Below, piece by piece: positions 9,179 to 19,656 of a stretch of DNA of 62,995 bases. Location: positions 1 to 62,995 of the forward strand of contig DAIDJN010000030.1 of assembly GCA_027451365.1 (NCBI GenBank). Direction: 5' to 3'. Source of the stretch: Phycisphaerales bacterium (GTDB lineage: Bacteria > Planctomycetota > Phycisphaerae > WQYP01). The stretch's first letter is position 1; the number at the start of each line of letters is the position of its first letter. Below the pieces are notes generated by a model. It was not told the origin of the DNA. It saw nothing but the letters and a program-made list of their open reading frames with translations, and did no database searches. Made by a program: the position numbers and the translations under genes.

Positions 9179-10840
9179 TTATTTTGTCGATACGGTAAGA
9201 TTTAAAAGCGGATTAAGCTGATTGGCTTTCTGAGCTTCCTGCGCCGCCACCTGCAGATATTTGGTTTTCAGCGCCGGGTCCGCAGTCACTTCCGCAAGGG
9301 CGATATTCGCCTGGAAATTTATCGCAGGCGCCAGCCATTTCACCGGCGATCGGCCGGAAGGTCCAGAAGCCAGCGCCTGACCAACATCCATGGTGGCGTG
9401 GTTCAGCGCGCCGGTGGCTGCGGTGGTGCAGGCCTGCATTTGTGCCGCCGTCGGGGCGGCAACAGGCGATTGCTGGTTAATCAGCGGAAAAATGGAATCG
9501 CCAGTGCTCGCACATAACGCCTGCAGTTGCAGTACCTGAAGTTTCAATTGGCTGACGGTCGCGGCTGTAATGGAAGCTGCCGCCGCCTGTATATTATAAA
9601 GCGACTGCAAGCTGCGGTTTTCATTGGCCAGAATCAGCGGGTCGTTGGGGCGAAGTCCATGTGCGGCAAGCTGGCTGGCATAGGTGGAATTTTTGCTTTG
9701 CTCAAAGGCCGCCTGTTTCAGGTCCTGCCGCGATTCATTACATAACGTCAGGGCCGCGTCCGCCTGATGCAGGGCGACTTTAAGCTGGGAAGTTACCGCG
9801 GCATACTGGTCCATTACCGTGGGCACGCCAGAATGCGCTGCCGAACCGGAAATAATTGCCTTGGCACCCGCTTGAATGGCGGCCATGCGTTGGAGTGCGC
9901 TGGCGGCCACGTGGGCGGCAACATGACGTGCCGCGGCCAGTTCCCTGGCGTGGCGGATTGCGGCATCAGCCTGCATGGACGCCAGATTGGCGCGATCCAT
10001 ATCCTGACTTAACCGGGATTTCAGAATTTCAACCTTCGCGGCATATTTGGCCATCTGATTCAGCTTGGCCATCGCCTGTTTGTATTGATCCAGCGATTGA
10101 GTGCCGGTTGTATTGTGCGATTCGGCTACCAGTGCCATGCCGGCAGCGCTGAAACGGTCGCGAAGGGCGACATTGGCGGCCACCAGCTTTTTGGCTGCGG
10201 CCACGCGCTTTTCGGCGGCCGCAAGATGCCTCTCCGCGGCGCGCCGGGCTTGCAAGGCGGTCCGCAGCGCGGCCTTGTGCATAATGGCGTAGGCTTTGTA
10301 TTGCGTCCGCAAATCGGCAATTTTAAGCCGATCCGAATTCAGCAATGCTGAATCCTGACTAATCAGGTTGAGCCGGGATGTCAGTTCCGCCAGGGCCGCG
10401 CTTAACCGATTGATGCGATGTTGCGCTTCCAGCAATTCAACTTGGCCTTTCTGGCCTTCCAGCAAACTCTTAAAATTGTGACGCAGGCCACTTTGCCCGA
10501 TGGCCGTGGCAAGCATTGCCGAGGCGTGACGCAGATCGCGCATCACAGATCGGGGGGCCAGATAAGATTTTGGATTCTGTTTGGCCCGTAGCTGGGCCGA
10601 TCGAAGTTCGGTGCTGGAAAGCGTCGAATGAATGGCTACCGGAAAAGGCGTCGCGGGCCGGTAATCACCAGCGCTCACCATCAGTCCCGCCGCGTTTTGA
10701 CTGGTGTAAATGGCTCTGGAATCCGCTTTGCCGGAGCTTGAATCGCCACAGCCCGCCAGTCCGGCGGTAGCCGCGGCCAGCGCCGCGCAGGCCAGCAGCC
10801 GCAGAGGCCGGCGCCAGAGCGACGGTGTTGCGGCCACCAT
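9179..10840 (-). CDS. Hypothetical Ala/Gln-rich helical lipoprotein
   Basis: Long ORF; basic N-terminus, hydrophobic stretch and LAGC lipobox after ATG 10840; coiled-coil character. Confidence 0.7.
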   Translation of the reverse strand: MVAATPSLWRRPLRLLACAALAAATAGLAGCGDSSSGKADSRAIYTSQNAAGLMVSAGDYRPATPFPVAIHSTLSSTELRSAQLRAKQNPKSYLAPRSVMRDLRHASAMLATAIGQSGLRHNFKSLLEGQKGQVELLEAQHRINRLSAALAELTSRLNLISQDSALLNSDRLKIADLRTQYKAYAIMHKAALRTALQARRAAERHLAAAEKRVAAAKKLVAANVALRDRFSAAGMALVAESHNTTGTQSLDQYKQAMAKLNQMAKYAAKVEILKSRLSQDMDRANLASMQADAAIRHARELAAARHVAAHVAASALQRMAAIQAGAKAIISGSAAHSGVPTVMDQYAAVTSQLKVALHQADAALTLCNESRQDLKQAAFEQSKNSTYASQLAAHGLRPNDPLILANENRSLQSLYNIQAAAASITAATVSQLKLQVLQLQALCASTGDSIFPLINQQSPVAAPTAAQMQACTTAATGALNHATMDVGQALASGPSGRSPVKWLAPAINFQANIALAEVTADPALKTKYLQVAAQEAQKANQLNPLLNLTVSTK

Positions 10841-11112
10841 CGGAAATCCCTTATCAACCGACGAAACAAGGGTTGCTGTCGCTGAACGTTTATGCATCGC
10901 GGGCGCTCCTGCCAAAGTTGTCCCGACAATCCGCCGAGAATCATCGTTGTATGTACCACCACGGGCCGCCATCGTCAACCCTTTCCGTCCTCCCGGTCGT
11001 CGATTGGGCCTTTTCCGGATCGCCAGACTTTACCGGACGAATGGGCCTTGGCCGGTTGCCGCCGGCATGGGCCGCCTGATAAAGCCATGCCGCCTCAATT
11101 ACGCCCCGGAGT

Positions 11113-11523
11113 TCAGCTTTGCGATGGATCGCCATTTTTTCGTTCCGCATTCGCCTCTCTTTGCGCTGGTGGCTTTCCCTGCCCGGCCGCAATATAAGCT
11201 TTGCGACCGAGGGCATAATTCGCCGGGTCTTGGCCTGATCGGCTTGTTTGCATCTGGCCGTCCGCTTCCGCCTGCCCTGGTGCCGCGGCATGGGTTGCCT
11301 TGGCGGAATCGCCTGTTTGCCACCACCAAGGCAATTTTTCGCCGCAAATGCGCAGATGAATCTGTTTAAGCATCGGTCGGCACCAGCCGCAGCCGGTGCC
11401 TGCGGACAGGCAATCGGAAATCTGCGAGGCGGCCGTCGGCTTTTCAATGCGGCAGTAGGCCTCTATTTTCCGTAATGGAACATGAAAACAGAAGCAAATG
11501 GTGTCATCCGGTTTAAACGCCAT
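11113..11523 (-). CDS. BFD-like [2Fe-2S]-binding protein
   Basis: ICFCFHV...AGTGCGWC (CxC...CxxC) pattern. Confidence 0.85.
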   Translation of the reverse strand: MAFKPDDTICFCFHVPLRKIEAYCRIEKPTAASQISDCLSAGTGCGWCRPMLKQIHLRICGEKLPWWWQTGDSAKATHAAAPGQAEADGQMQTSRSGQDPANYALGRKAYIAAGQGKPPAQREANAERKNGDPSQS

Positions 11524-11757
11524 GCTCCCATTCTACCCTGTTGTCGGCCCATAATGAATAAGTTGGTGACCGGTCAGGGGAAAAATGCTCCGGACTCCTC
11601 ACCAGTTGGCATAAATTCTGCTATTATCTTTCCGCGGCATTATGGGAAAGCCCATAGTGTGGCGTAATGTGCGCAGAAGTCCGGGTGGAGATACCCACCC
11701 AGGACCAGCCCGGATGGCAAATAAAAAGGCGGACCACTCTGGTGGCCGAGAACTGTA

Positions 11758-12399
11758 ATGACAACTTCCCAAACCGTTGAAAACCGATGGATGACCGACC
11801 CGCGAGCGGACCTTCCCCCTGAAATTCGTGGGCTGATTTTTGATTGCGACGGTACCCTTGTGGACACCATGGGCGTGCATTACCGCGCTTGGCTGCAGGC
11901 TCTGAACGGAACCGGCATTGACCTGCCGGAAGAAAAATTTTATTCCCTCGCTGGCGCGCCGACTACCAAAATTGCCGACATGCTGGTGCGGGAATTCAAT
12001 TCTTCCGCCTCGCCGGCCACCATCGCCCGCCAGAAGGAAGAATTCTACATCGCCGACATTCCCCTTATCCGGGAACTTTCCGCAGTGGTGGCGATCGCAC
12101 GGCGGGAACAGGGTAAAAGGAGCCTTGCGGTTGCCAGCGGTGGGTTTCATCATGTGGTGGACCGGCAATTGGCCGCATCTGGCCTGACCGATCTGTTTCC
12201 AATTGTCATTTGTGCCGACGACGTAACTCATGGCAAGCCCGCGCCGGATTGCTTTCTGGAGGCCGCGCGGCGAATGCGCCTGAAACCTTCACAATGCGTG
12301 GTTTATGAAGATGCCGAGCTTGGCTTTCAGGCCGGGCGGGCCGCGGGAATGGCTGTGGTGGATGTTCGTCCTTGGCACAACTGGAATGATGCCCTTTGA
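11758..12399 (+). CDS. HAD-family phosphatase (YqaB / beta-PGM-like)
   Basis: FDCDGTLVDT, VASGG, GKPAPD, YEDA motifs. Start may be 11791. Confidence 0.9.
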   Translation: MTTSQTVENRWMTDPRADLPPEIRGLIFDCDGTLVDTMGVHYRAWLQALNGTGIDLPEEKFYSLAGAPTTKIADMLVREFNSSASPATIARQKEEFYIADIPLIRELSAVVAIARREQGKRSLAVASGGFHHVVDRQLAASGLTDLFPIVICADDVTHGKPAPDCFLEAARRMRLKPSQCVVYEDAELGFQAGRAAGMAVVDVRPWHNWNDAL

Positions 12400-12437
12400 A
12401 TTTTGAATCCGCTGGCTCCCGACCAGTGGAAAAAAGC

Positions 12438-12466
12438 GGGCGGTTCTTTTCCAGCAAACCGCCCGG
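12438..12466. terminator. Hairpin between convergent HAD and GH29 genes
   Basis: CGGGCGGTT...AACCGCCCG inverted repeat preceded by an A-run. Confidence 0.45.
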
Positions 12467-12510
12467 CACCAACATTAAAGGTCATTTTCAAACCGTCCCG
12501 GGATAATTGT

Positions 12511-14307
12511 TCAGGCCAGTACCAGCTTTAAAGCCACAGCGTAATCGGCGGCTTTCGGTCTGGTTTTGGGCTTTTGCACGCTTAACCCCGTGGCTGTCTG
12601 TTTCCACACCAGCGGTTCATCCACACCCAGCATTTGAACATGGGCGATTTTGCCCGGATTGGTCGAGGACGCGGTTCCCATCGCCGGAACATTGAATGCG
12701 CTGTGCGGCCAGCCCAGGAAAATGGCGTATATAACCGTATTTGCCTTGTTACGGGTAAAGCGAATGTCGTTGGCACCAAGGTTTTTAATGGTGTTGTAGC
12801 CATTGCCCCAGCCTTTGGCCGCCTGTGTCGCGCCTTGGCCGAAAATTTTCCATGGCCGAGTGGAATAAATCGCCTCGCCATTTACAGCAAACCATTCTGC
12901 AAGTCGCTCAAGAATCAATTTTTCCTTGCGGTCGATGGTGCCATCCGGCTTGCCAGGAATATTAAGCACAAATGTGCCGTTTTTGCTGACCGCATCGCAC
13001 AGCCAGTGAATCACCTGCTGCGGGTTCAGGTAGCCACCATATTCGCCGGGGCGGTCGAAAAGATCTCGCTGATAATGCCAGTTGCCGATGCAGGTTTCGG
13101 ACTGCCAAGGGTAAGGCACAATACCGCTGGTGATACCGCGTTCAATATCGGCGACAACGGATTTTGCCAGGTGGGGGGGCACGCCCTTAACATTAATAAT
13201 GCCTTCCATTTTTCCGTGGGTCTTCAGGTTATGGTTATAAAAATAGGCTCCGATATTCATGCCGCCCCAGCCGAGCGGGAAGAGGGAATTGTCAAAGTAC
13301 AACAGGTCCGGATTGTGCTGGTCAATCAGGTCGCGGGTGCGGTCATAAAAGTTTTTCACATAAGAGGCATCGGGCAGGGCGTTATGCGGATGCTTGGCGC
13401 CATAAAGCTGCTGGGGATCGTAACCGTCCCACCATTGCCCTTTGCCATCGGCTTTGGTTAGCGCGCCATCATACGGAACGCCAGCCAGCGGACCACGTGT
13501 ATCCGCCCCGTGGGCAGTCTGGAACCACCACCAGTTGCGGGCCTGATGGACTGTCACGCCCATGCGCAACCCGCGCTGGCGGGCTTCATGTGTCCAGGTT
13601 CCTATAACGTCCCGATGCGGACCAATGTTGGCGGCATTCCATTGATGATGCTTGGAATTCCAGGTGTCAAAGCCATCATGATGGTTGGCCACCGCCAGGA
13701 ATAATTTTGCGCCCGCCTTTTTATACAGATCCATCAGGTGACCAGGTTCCCAGTTCAAAAGAGTCCACTGGGCGCACAGGTCTTTGTAGCCAAAGCGCGA
13801 TGGCGGTCCATAGTGCTGGCACTGGTAACGGTTCTGGCCGGACCCTTGAATATACATGTTGCGGGCGTACCAGTCGCCATCTTCAGGCACGCACTGTGGA
13901 CTCCAGTGGTTCCAGATGGCGAATTTGGCGTCCCTGTACCATTCAGGGCAATCATATTGCATAAAAGAGTCCCACGTTGCCTTGTACGGGCCTTCGCCAG
14001 CCAGACCCGAGACCGGGGCCTTCATGGGAACGCCATCCCAAGAACCACCCTTCACGGGCAGGCCCGGCGGGTTGCCCCAGCCCGTGGGCCGCCAATGCTG
14101 ATTGTTAAGTTTTTCTGAAATGATTTTGTTCCGTTCCAGCGCGTAAAAAGTGCGTTGGTTTGCGGGAGTGGCACAAAATTCCGGATAGGTCTGGTTAAGC
14201 TGGTCAAAGCCGCTGCCACCTGCAGCCTCCGCTGTGCCAGATTTGCTGATTCCAACGACTGCCGCCGCGGAAACCGCCATAAATTTGCAAAAATCCCGTC
14301 GCTTCAT
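12511..14307 (-). CDS. Alpha-L-fucosidase, GH29, Tat signal
   Basis: MKRRDF Tat motif; PEWYRDAKFAIWNHW, NHHDGF, PDLLYFD (nucleophile), DAVSKNGTFVLNI, NGEAIYSTRPW, DIRFT. Confidence 0.93.
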   Translation of the reverse strand: MKRRDFCKFMAVSAAAVVGISKSGTAEAAGGSGFDQLNQTYPEFCATPANQRTFYALERNKIISEKLNNQHWRPTGWGNPPGLPVKGGSWDGVPMKAPVSGLAGEGPYKATWDSFMQYDCPEWYRDAKFAIWNHWSPQCVPEDGDWYARNMYIQGSGQNRYQCQHYGPPSRFGYKDLCAQWTLLNWEPGHLMDLYKKAGAKLFLAVANHHDGFDTWNSKHHQWNAANIGPHRDVIGTWTHEARQRGLRMGVTVHQARNWWWFQTAHGADTRGPLAGVPYDGALTKADGKGQWWDGYDPQQLYGAKHPHNALPDASYVKNFYDRTRDLIDQHNPDLLYFDNSLFPLGWGGMNIGAYFYNHNLKTHGKMEGIINVKGVPPHLAKSVVADIERGITSGIVPYPWQSETCIGNWHYQRDLFDRPGEYGGYLNPQQVIHWLCDAVSKNGTFVLNIPGKPDGTIDRKEKLILERLAEWFAVNGEAIYSTRPWKIFGQGATQAAKGWGNGYNTIKNLGANDIRFTRNKANTVIYAIFLGWPHSAFNVPAMGTASSTNPGKIAHVQMLGVDEPLVWKQTATGLSVQKPKTRPKAADYAVALKLVLA

Positions 14308-14729
14308 GTCGTTTCCTTTTCTACAAAAAACCTACATTTAATGTCATCGGCGTTCATAAACGTAACAAGTCCAGCAAATATTGCAATGATTTTCTATAAA
14401 ATCGTCACAATGGTGTGCGCACAATTTTTAGCTTGCAAATATCTGCCAGCTTAAAAAAATAGGCTTATGTACGTGCGGCACCAAGGCGCACTCAATTTTT
14501 AAAACTCGACTCCTCCTGAAACCTGAAACTAAATGGCGAAAATTTTCTTGTCGGGTGACCAATCGTCGGGTAAAATCTTTGCACCAGGGTAGTGTCGCCT
14601 GAAGTCTCAACCCTATGGAATTCTTAAACTGCAGATGACTGACACGCAAGAGCCGCCAATTTGCCCGATTATTGAACCGGCAAGCACGACTCCAATGCGG
14701 TGTCACAGTGAACTGAATTGAGGGTACGT

Positions 14730-16313
14730 ATGATTCGAGCATCACTTCTTTCCGCGGGGATTGTTTCCATTCCGGTTTTGGCATTGGCTTCTGTGGCTTT
14801 GGCTGGAACCGGCAGTTATTCGATTCCGGTCAATTTTTCAGCTGGAACCTACAGTAACAGCGGATACATTCCGGGCTATGCGCCGCCGGACACTGATGGT
14901 GCCGTGGGCACGGCGAATATCGCCGAACTGATTAACGGCCAGTTTTCTGTTTACAACAAAATCGCCAGTGGCGCAACCAATACGCCCATCCTGTCTGAAA
15001 CGCTGAAAACCTTCTGGAAAAACGCGCTAAGTTCCAGCGCCTATACGGCCGCCTTCACAGCCAGTGGCTCAACCACGAGTATCGGGTTAAGCGATCCGCG
15101 GATTATTTACGATCCGAGCTCGGGAAACTGGTTCGCCAGTTCCATCACCGTTCCGCAGAACAGTACGGGCGTCAGCGCCTCCAATGATTTTCTAGTGGCG
15201 GAATCCAGCAATCCACTTCTTGGCTGGCATGGCATCACTTATGGTTCGCAGCCCGCGGGCATGTCTACGCCGGAATTTGCCGATTTTCCGACTCTCGGAA
15301 TTACCGCAAATAATGTGACGCTCGCGGGCAATATGTATTCAGTGCCCAGTGCATTGAATAATTTTACCAGCTCACCAACCAATACCGATGTATTGGTTAT
15401 TCCCAAAGCCAGTTTGACCGCGGGCAATTCCTCCGGAGCGGCGCTGTTTAACCAGCCCTACAGCAACCTCGGTTTTACCAACCAGCCGGTAAGCGATTTC
15501 AGTGGAAATGCCGGTCAGGCCACCTATTTGTATTCAAATTACCAGCAAAGCAGCGGCAATTCGGTCGGTTACACGGAAAATCTGAATCAGACCGTGGTGG
15601 TTCCGGGCAGCCCGCCTACACTGGATATTAATTTTAATCTTGCGACATTCACGACCCAGACGGGTGGCCCGCCAGCCACCGGCGCATCCCAGCCGGGCAC
15701 TTCCAATGCCATAGACACTGGCGATGATCGTTTAAGTTCCAGCCTGGTGCTTTCCCAAGGGCAGATCTGGGGTGTGCAAACGATCGCAAACCCCGGTAAC
15801 AGCAACGTGTCAGCCTTGCGGGTATTTGGCGTTACCCCGGCCGTTACGGATGGTGCCAGTCCGACCATCCGCAATGAACTGGTCCTGACCGATCCAAATA
15901 ACCCCGGCAGTTCCCTTTATTATGGATCCATGGCGGTGGGCACCAACGGCACAGTGGTGCTGGCATTTAACGAAAGTTCGGGTAGTCAATATGTCGGTTC
16001 TTATGCGGTTGTTGGGCATATTTCCAATACCGGAAGTCTGTCGTTGGGAACGCCATTTCTGCTTAAGGCGGGAGCGGCCGATTACACGCTGCTGACCGGT
16101 AGCTACCGCTGGGGTGATTACAGTACAACGGTGGCCGATCCCACGAATTCCAACGCCTTCTGGACGTTTCAGGAATTGCCCGCTGCCAACGGCACATGGT
16201 CCACCCAGGTCACCGAAATTCTTACGCCGGAACCCGCCAGCGTGACGCTGCTTATCGCCGGCGGCTTGATATTGCTTCGACGAAGGCACCGCGCAACGCC
16301 CGACCGCGCCTGA
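14730..16313 (+). CDS. PEP-CTERM surface protein
   Basis: Signal peptide; Ser/Thr/Gly-rich body with PPDTDGAVG, DPRIIYD, RWGDYS motifs; C-terminal TPEPASVTLLIAGGLILLRRRHR. Confidence 0.88.
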   Translation: MIRASLLSAGIVSIPVLALASVALAGTGSYSIPVNFSAGTYSNSGYIPGYAPPDTDGAVGTANIAELINGQFSVYNKIASGATNTPILSETLKTFWKNALSSSAYTAAFTASGSTTSIGLSDPRIIYDPSSGNWFASSITVPQNSTGVSASNDFLVAESSNPLLGWHGITYGSQPAGMSTPEFADFPTLGITANNVTLAGNMYSVPSALNNFTSSPTNTDVLVIPKASLTAGNSSGAALFNQPYSNLGFTNQPVSDFSGNAGQATYLYSNYQQSSGNSVGYTENLNQTVVVPGSPPTLDINFNLATFTTQTGGPPATGASQPGTSNAIDTGDDRLSSSLVLSQGQIWGVQTIANPGNSNVSALRVFGVTPAVTDGASPTIRNELVLTDPNNPGSSLYYGSMAVGTNGTVVLAFNESSGSQYVGSYAVVGHISNTGSLSLGTPFLLKAGAADYTLLTGSYRWGDYSTTVADPTNSNAFWTFQELPAANGTWSTQVTEILTPEPASVTLLIAGGLILLRRRHRATPDRA

Positions 16314-16705
16314 TTCAACGGCGGACGGCGGCGGAAGAAAAAGACGAGATTCATGGATTCTATTTGGACCTGCATGAATTGCATGCGTGTCCGCATGGCC
16401 ATTGTCTGATGGAAACGCTCCCGGCGCTGTCGCATCGGCAGGTGTTTAAGCTGGGCATGATCCTCAGACAACGCATCGTTGATCATGGGCAGGTAAGCGC
16501 GCCTGCGTCACAAACATCGCCGCGGCAAGGCAAAACATCAGCGTGTTGAATAATAAAAGAACAAATGCGTGGTGCCCGCGCTCGCTTGCGGCCGGCAATC
16601 CGATCAATTTCAGAGGTAATGAAATAAGCCCACAGTCCACCCGTTATCTTGCAATGGTGTTCGGGAGGATACGGAGCGAATAGTCAATTTTTTTAGGAGA
16701 AGGTC

Positions 16706-17497
16706 ATGGACGACCAGACAAAAACCGCAGCTGTGCGGGATGCCGGGCTGACACAATCTGTTCCGCCGACACGTGTTGTGGTAACGCTCAAGGCGGGGCT
16801 GGCATTTGCCGTTGCCAACATTCTTTGCGTGCTAATTGCGGTCATGGCCTATACGCACGTACACCGCACAGTGAAAACCATTAGCGTCACCGGTTCGGCA
16901 GACCGGAATATCACTTCAAATCTGATTATCTGGTCGGCAACCGTGAATGCACGGTCCGTTACACTGGCCGAAGCTTATACGAAATTAGCGGCCGGCACCG
17001 CGGCCACCCTGCATTTTTTGACCAGCCACGGCATACCGCCCCAGGCCATACGCACGGGCGCGATAAGCATAAGCAAAAACTACACGCGCGACGCCCATGG
17101 GCATACGACTGATGTGGTATCCAGCTATGTATTGGGTCAGAACATAACGGTAACCAGTCATGACGTGCGGCATGTGGCCGCCGTGGGCCGGCAGGTGACA
17201 GAGCTGATTAAGAAGGGTGTCCAGGTGGCGGCCAATTCGCCGGAATATATTTATACCAAGCTGGCGGACATGAAAATTACGATGCTGGCGGCCGCCACAA
17301 AAGACGCCACCATCAGGGCTGGCCAAATAGCGGCGAACAGCGGAGCAAAGCTGGGCAAAATCGATTACGCCCGCATGGGTGTTTTGCAGATTAATCCACT
17401 TTATTCGACCAGTGTTTCCAGTGAAGGCAACGACGATACCACGTCTTACCGCAAAACGATTATGGCCGTGGTGCATACACAGTTCGAATTACAATAA
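16706..17497 (+). CDS. SIMPL (DUF541) domain protein
   Basis: TM helix, then TISVTGSA, AATKDATIRAGQIAANSGAKLG, ARMGVLQI; AGGAG RBS. Confidence 0.85.
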   Translation: MDDQTKTAAVRDAGLTQSVPPTRVVVTLKAGLAFAVANILCVLIAVMAYTHVHRTVKTISVTGSADRNITSNLIIWSATVNARSVTLAEAYTKLAAGTAATLHFLTSHGIPPQAIRTGAISISKNYTRDAHGHTTDVVSSYVLGQNITVTSHDVRHVAAVGRQVTELIKKGVQVAANSPEYIYTKLADMKITMLAAATKDATIRAGQIAANSGAKLGKIDYARMGVLQINPLYSTSVSSEGNDDTTSYRKTIMAVVHTQFELQ

Positions 17498-17627
17498 GCG
17501 GACGGACATCCAACGGGGTCAACCCGGAGGGGGAATTTTGGTCTATAAAAACGCGGCGGGAAAAATAGCATGGGAATCGACCAAACTGCCCGAACCTAAG
17601 CGGCCCTTGGCGTTGCCGCAGCAACGC

Positions 17628-18175
17628 TTAGTAGTTGGCAAGGTAGCCAAGATCGGCAATGGAACTGGAATAGGTCCGCGGAGCCTGATCGCCCGGCTGC
17701 AAGGAGGCTCCGATTATCAGATTCACGGTGATGTCCTTGCCAAGGGTGAGGTCGGTTGTAGAGATTTGAGTATTTCTGGTGCTTGTTGGCGAACTGACCA
17801 GGAAATCCAGGTTGGTGAAGTCACCAATGGTCAGCGTCCCTGTTGTAAGCGACGTTTCGTTGGCAGCGCGACATCATTCGTAACTTTCAGGCTGGTTATA
17901 TTCAGCGTGTTATTCAAGATTGCAGCAATGTTGCCCGCGGAGCTATCGGTTCGGGAAAATATAGCTTCAGTGGTCAGCGAATTGGCGTAGGTCTGCTGCG
18001 TTGCCCCGTTGCTCCAGAGTGGGCTGGTTATATCCCACGAGCCGTCACCGCCCAAGGATATTCCGTTGGGTTCCCAGAAGAGCGTTTCGGCACGGGTATG
18101 ATTTGCACCAGCAGCCGCACCGATGAAGGCGGCCGCCGCCGCCAGCAGATACAAACGATTCTTGCCCGAAAACAT
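17628..18175 (-). pseudogene. Frameshifted or internally deleted secreted beta-solenoid (autotransporter/PEP-CTERM-like) gene
   Basis: AGGAG RBS, signal peptide, LFWEPNG..GGDGSWD..LWS N-terminus. From about 17865 a second frame reads ANETSLTTGTLTIGDFTNLDFLV...TDLTLGKDITVNLIIG to a stop at 17628. Confidence 0.6.
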
Positions 18176-18549
18176 AGAAGTACTCCTTGTTGAAAAATTC
18201 CATACGAAAGGCTGGAAACATTCCGGCTATCTTACGCACGGCTAAAATACAGCTACCCTGACGTGCTTAAACATATTTGCGATTCTGTTTTATGACAATT
18301 GGCCTGTTCAGGCCAATCGGTATAATTCCGCCACAGTAGCGGCCTTGGCGCAAAAATGTCTGAAGGCGAGGGAACATAAGCCGCAAATCGCGGCGGCGGT
18401 GTGCCACGGCCGGGCGGGGTGCGGGATTTTGGCGTTGGCTTTGCGATGGGCGTTAAAACGCTTAAAATTACCGGCGTCTGATTGCCGAATGTGTGCCATG
18501 CACGCACACGGTTATCGCGATGACATGAAAAGAACAGAGGTTACACATC

Positions 18550-18798
18550 ATGCAGAGTCCAATAGGTCGGCTATATCAGAGAAAAGTGGTGCTGGCGTTG
18601 ACCGGGCTTTCAGCCATTCTGCTGGTGTTATGTGTCGGCGGCTGTGGCGAAGGCGAACTTTTTCAAAAGCACAATGAAGATATCCAGAGCCGGGCGAGTT
18701 ATTTTCCTGATCCCCATCCCATTGAAACGACACATCAGAATGACGGCAGTGCTGGCATGGGTGCCATGCCATTTGGATCCGGCGCAAACGGGTTTTAA
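18550..18798 (+). CDS. Small putative lipoprotein
   Basis: GAGG RBS; basic and hydrophobic N-terminus ending VGGC. Confidence 0.6.
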   Translation: MQSPIGRLYQRKVVLALTGLSAILLVLCVGGCGEGELFQKHNEDIQSRASYFPDPHPIETTHQNDGSAGMGAMPFGSGANGF

Positions 18799-18975
18799 AG
18801 CCTGCGGGCCTGGAAAAGGCGATTTCCCGGCCTTTTGGTTTTTGCCGGCCTAAAATAGGAACAGGCCATAAGAGGGAAGGCATGGCATCGCGGGTCGTTT
18901 GGCCGCTTTCGACATGGAATTGTTTATAAAACCCATAAAACCGGCGGTGCAAATCAAATTATCGGAAACCGTATC

Positions 18976-19656
18976 ATGCAAAGGAATCAGGATTCATCGG
19001 CTTCTCCGGCCATCCATTTCTGGCGGACGGTCGCCCCGCTTGTGAAAAGCGGCGATATCTGTACCGCCGAAAAAACTGTCCGCAACTGCTGGCCGCAGAA
19101 CCAATTGATTGAATTTCTGGCGGAAAGTGACGAGCGCATCACTCATCTGGCGACCATGGCTCTGGGCTGTGTGGGCGATTGCGCTGCCATTGATCCGCTA
19201 AGCCATAAATTACTGGACCCCAATCCTGAAATAGTCCGAGCCGCGGAACACGCCCTGTGGAGTATCTGGCTGCGCGCGGGCCAGCCGAAAGCGTTGCGGT
19301 ATTTGAAATGCGGTTGCGAACATCTGAAGCATGGCAATCATGAAACGGCGATTGAAAAATTTACTCTGGCAATAGCGGAAGACCCGGATTTCGCGGAAGC
19401 GTTTAACCAGCGTGCGATCGCATATTATTTGTCGGGCCAGTATGAAAAATCAATTGCGGATTGTCGCCGCGTGCTGGCGAAAATACCGGTTCATTTTGGT
19501 GCGCTGGCCGGGATGGGGCATTGTTATACCCAATTGAATCAATTGGAAAACGCGCGAGACCGCTATCAGGCGGCTTTGCGGATTCATCCGGGCATGGAGG
19601 GAATTGCGGATTCTCTGCGAAGCGTGCAGGCTATTTTGGACAATAAAGGCACCTGA
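18976..19656 (+). CDS. HEAT + TPR repeat protein
   Basis: ALGCVGD..AIDPL, AEHALWSIWLR, then TPRs (DPDFAEAFNQRA, PVHFGALAGMG). Confidence 0.85.
   Translation: MQRNQDSSASPAIHFWRTVAPLVKSGDICTAEKTVRNCWPQNQLIEFLAESDERITHLATMALGCVGDCAAIDPLSHKLLDPNPEIVRAAEHALWSIWLRAGQPKALRYLKCGCEHLKHGNHETAIEKFTLAIAEDPDFAEAFNQRAIAYYLSGQYEKSIADCRRVLAKIPVHFGALAGMGHCYTQLNQLENARDRYQAALRIHPGMEGIADSLRSVQAILDNKGT

Noticed and set aside
16169..16549. Overlapping short ORFs downstream of the PEP-CTERM gene
   Set aside because: Could be a decayed minus-strand gene, but no family is recognisable.
18180..18300. Possible c-di-GMP-I riboswitch (GATAGCCGG on the minus strand)
   Set aside because: The GGCAAA/GAAA/CGCAAA core elements are not present in order.
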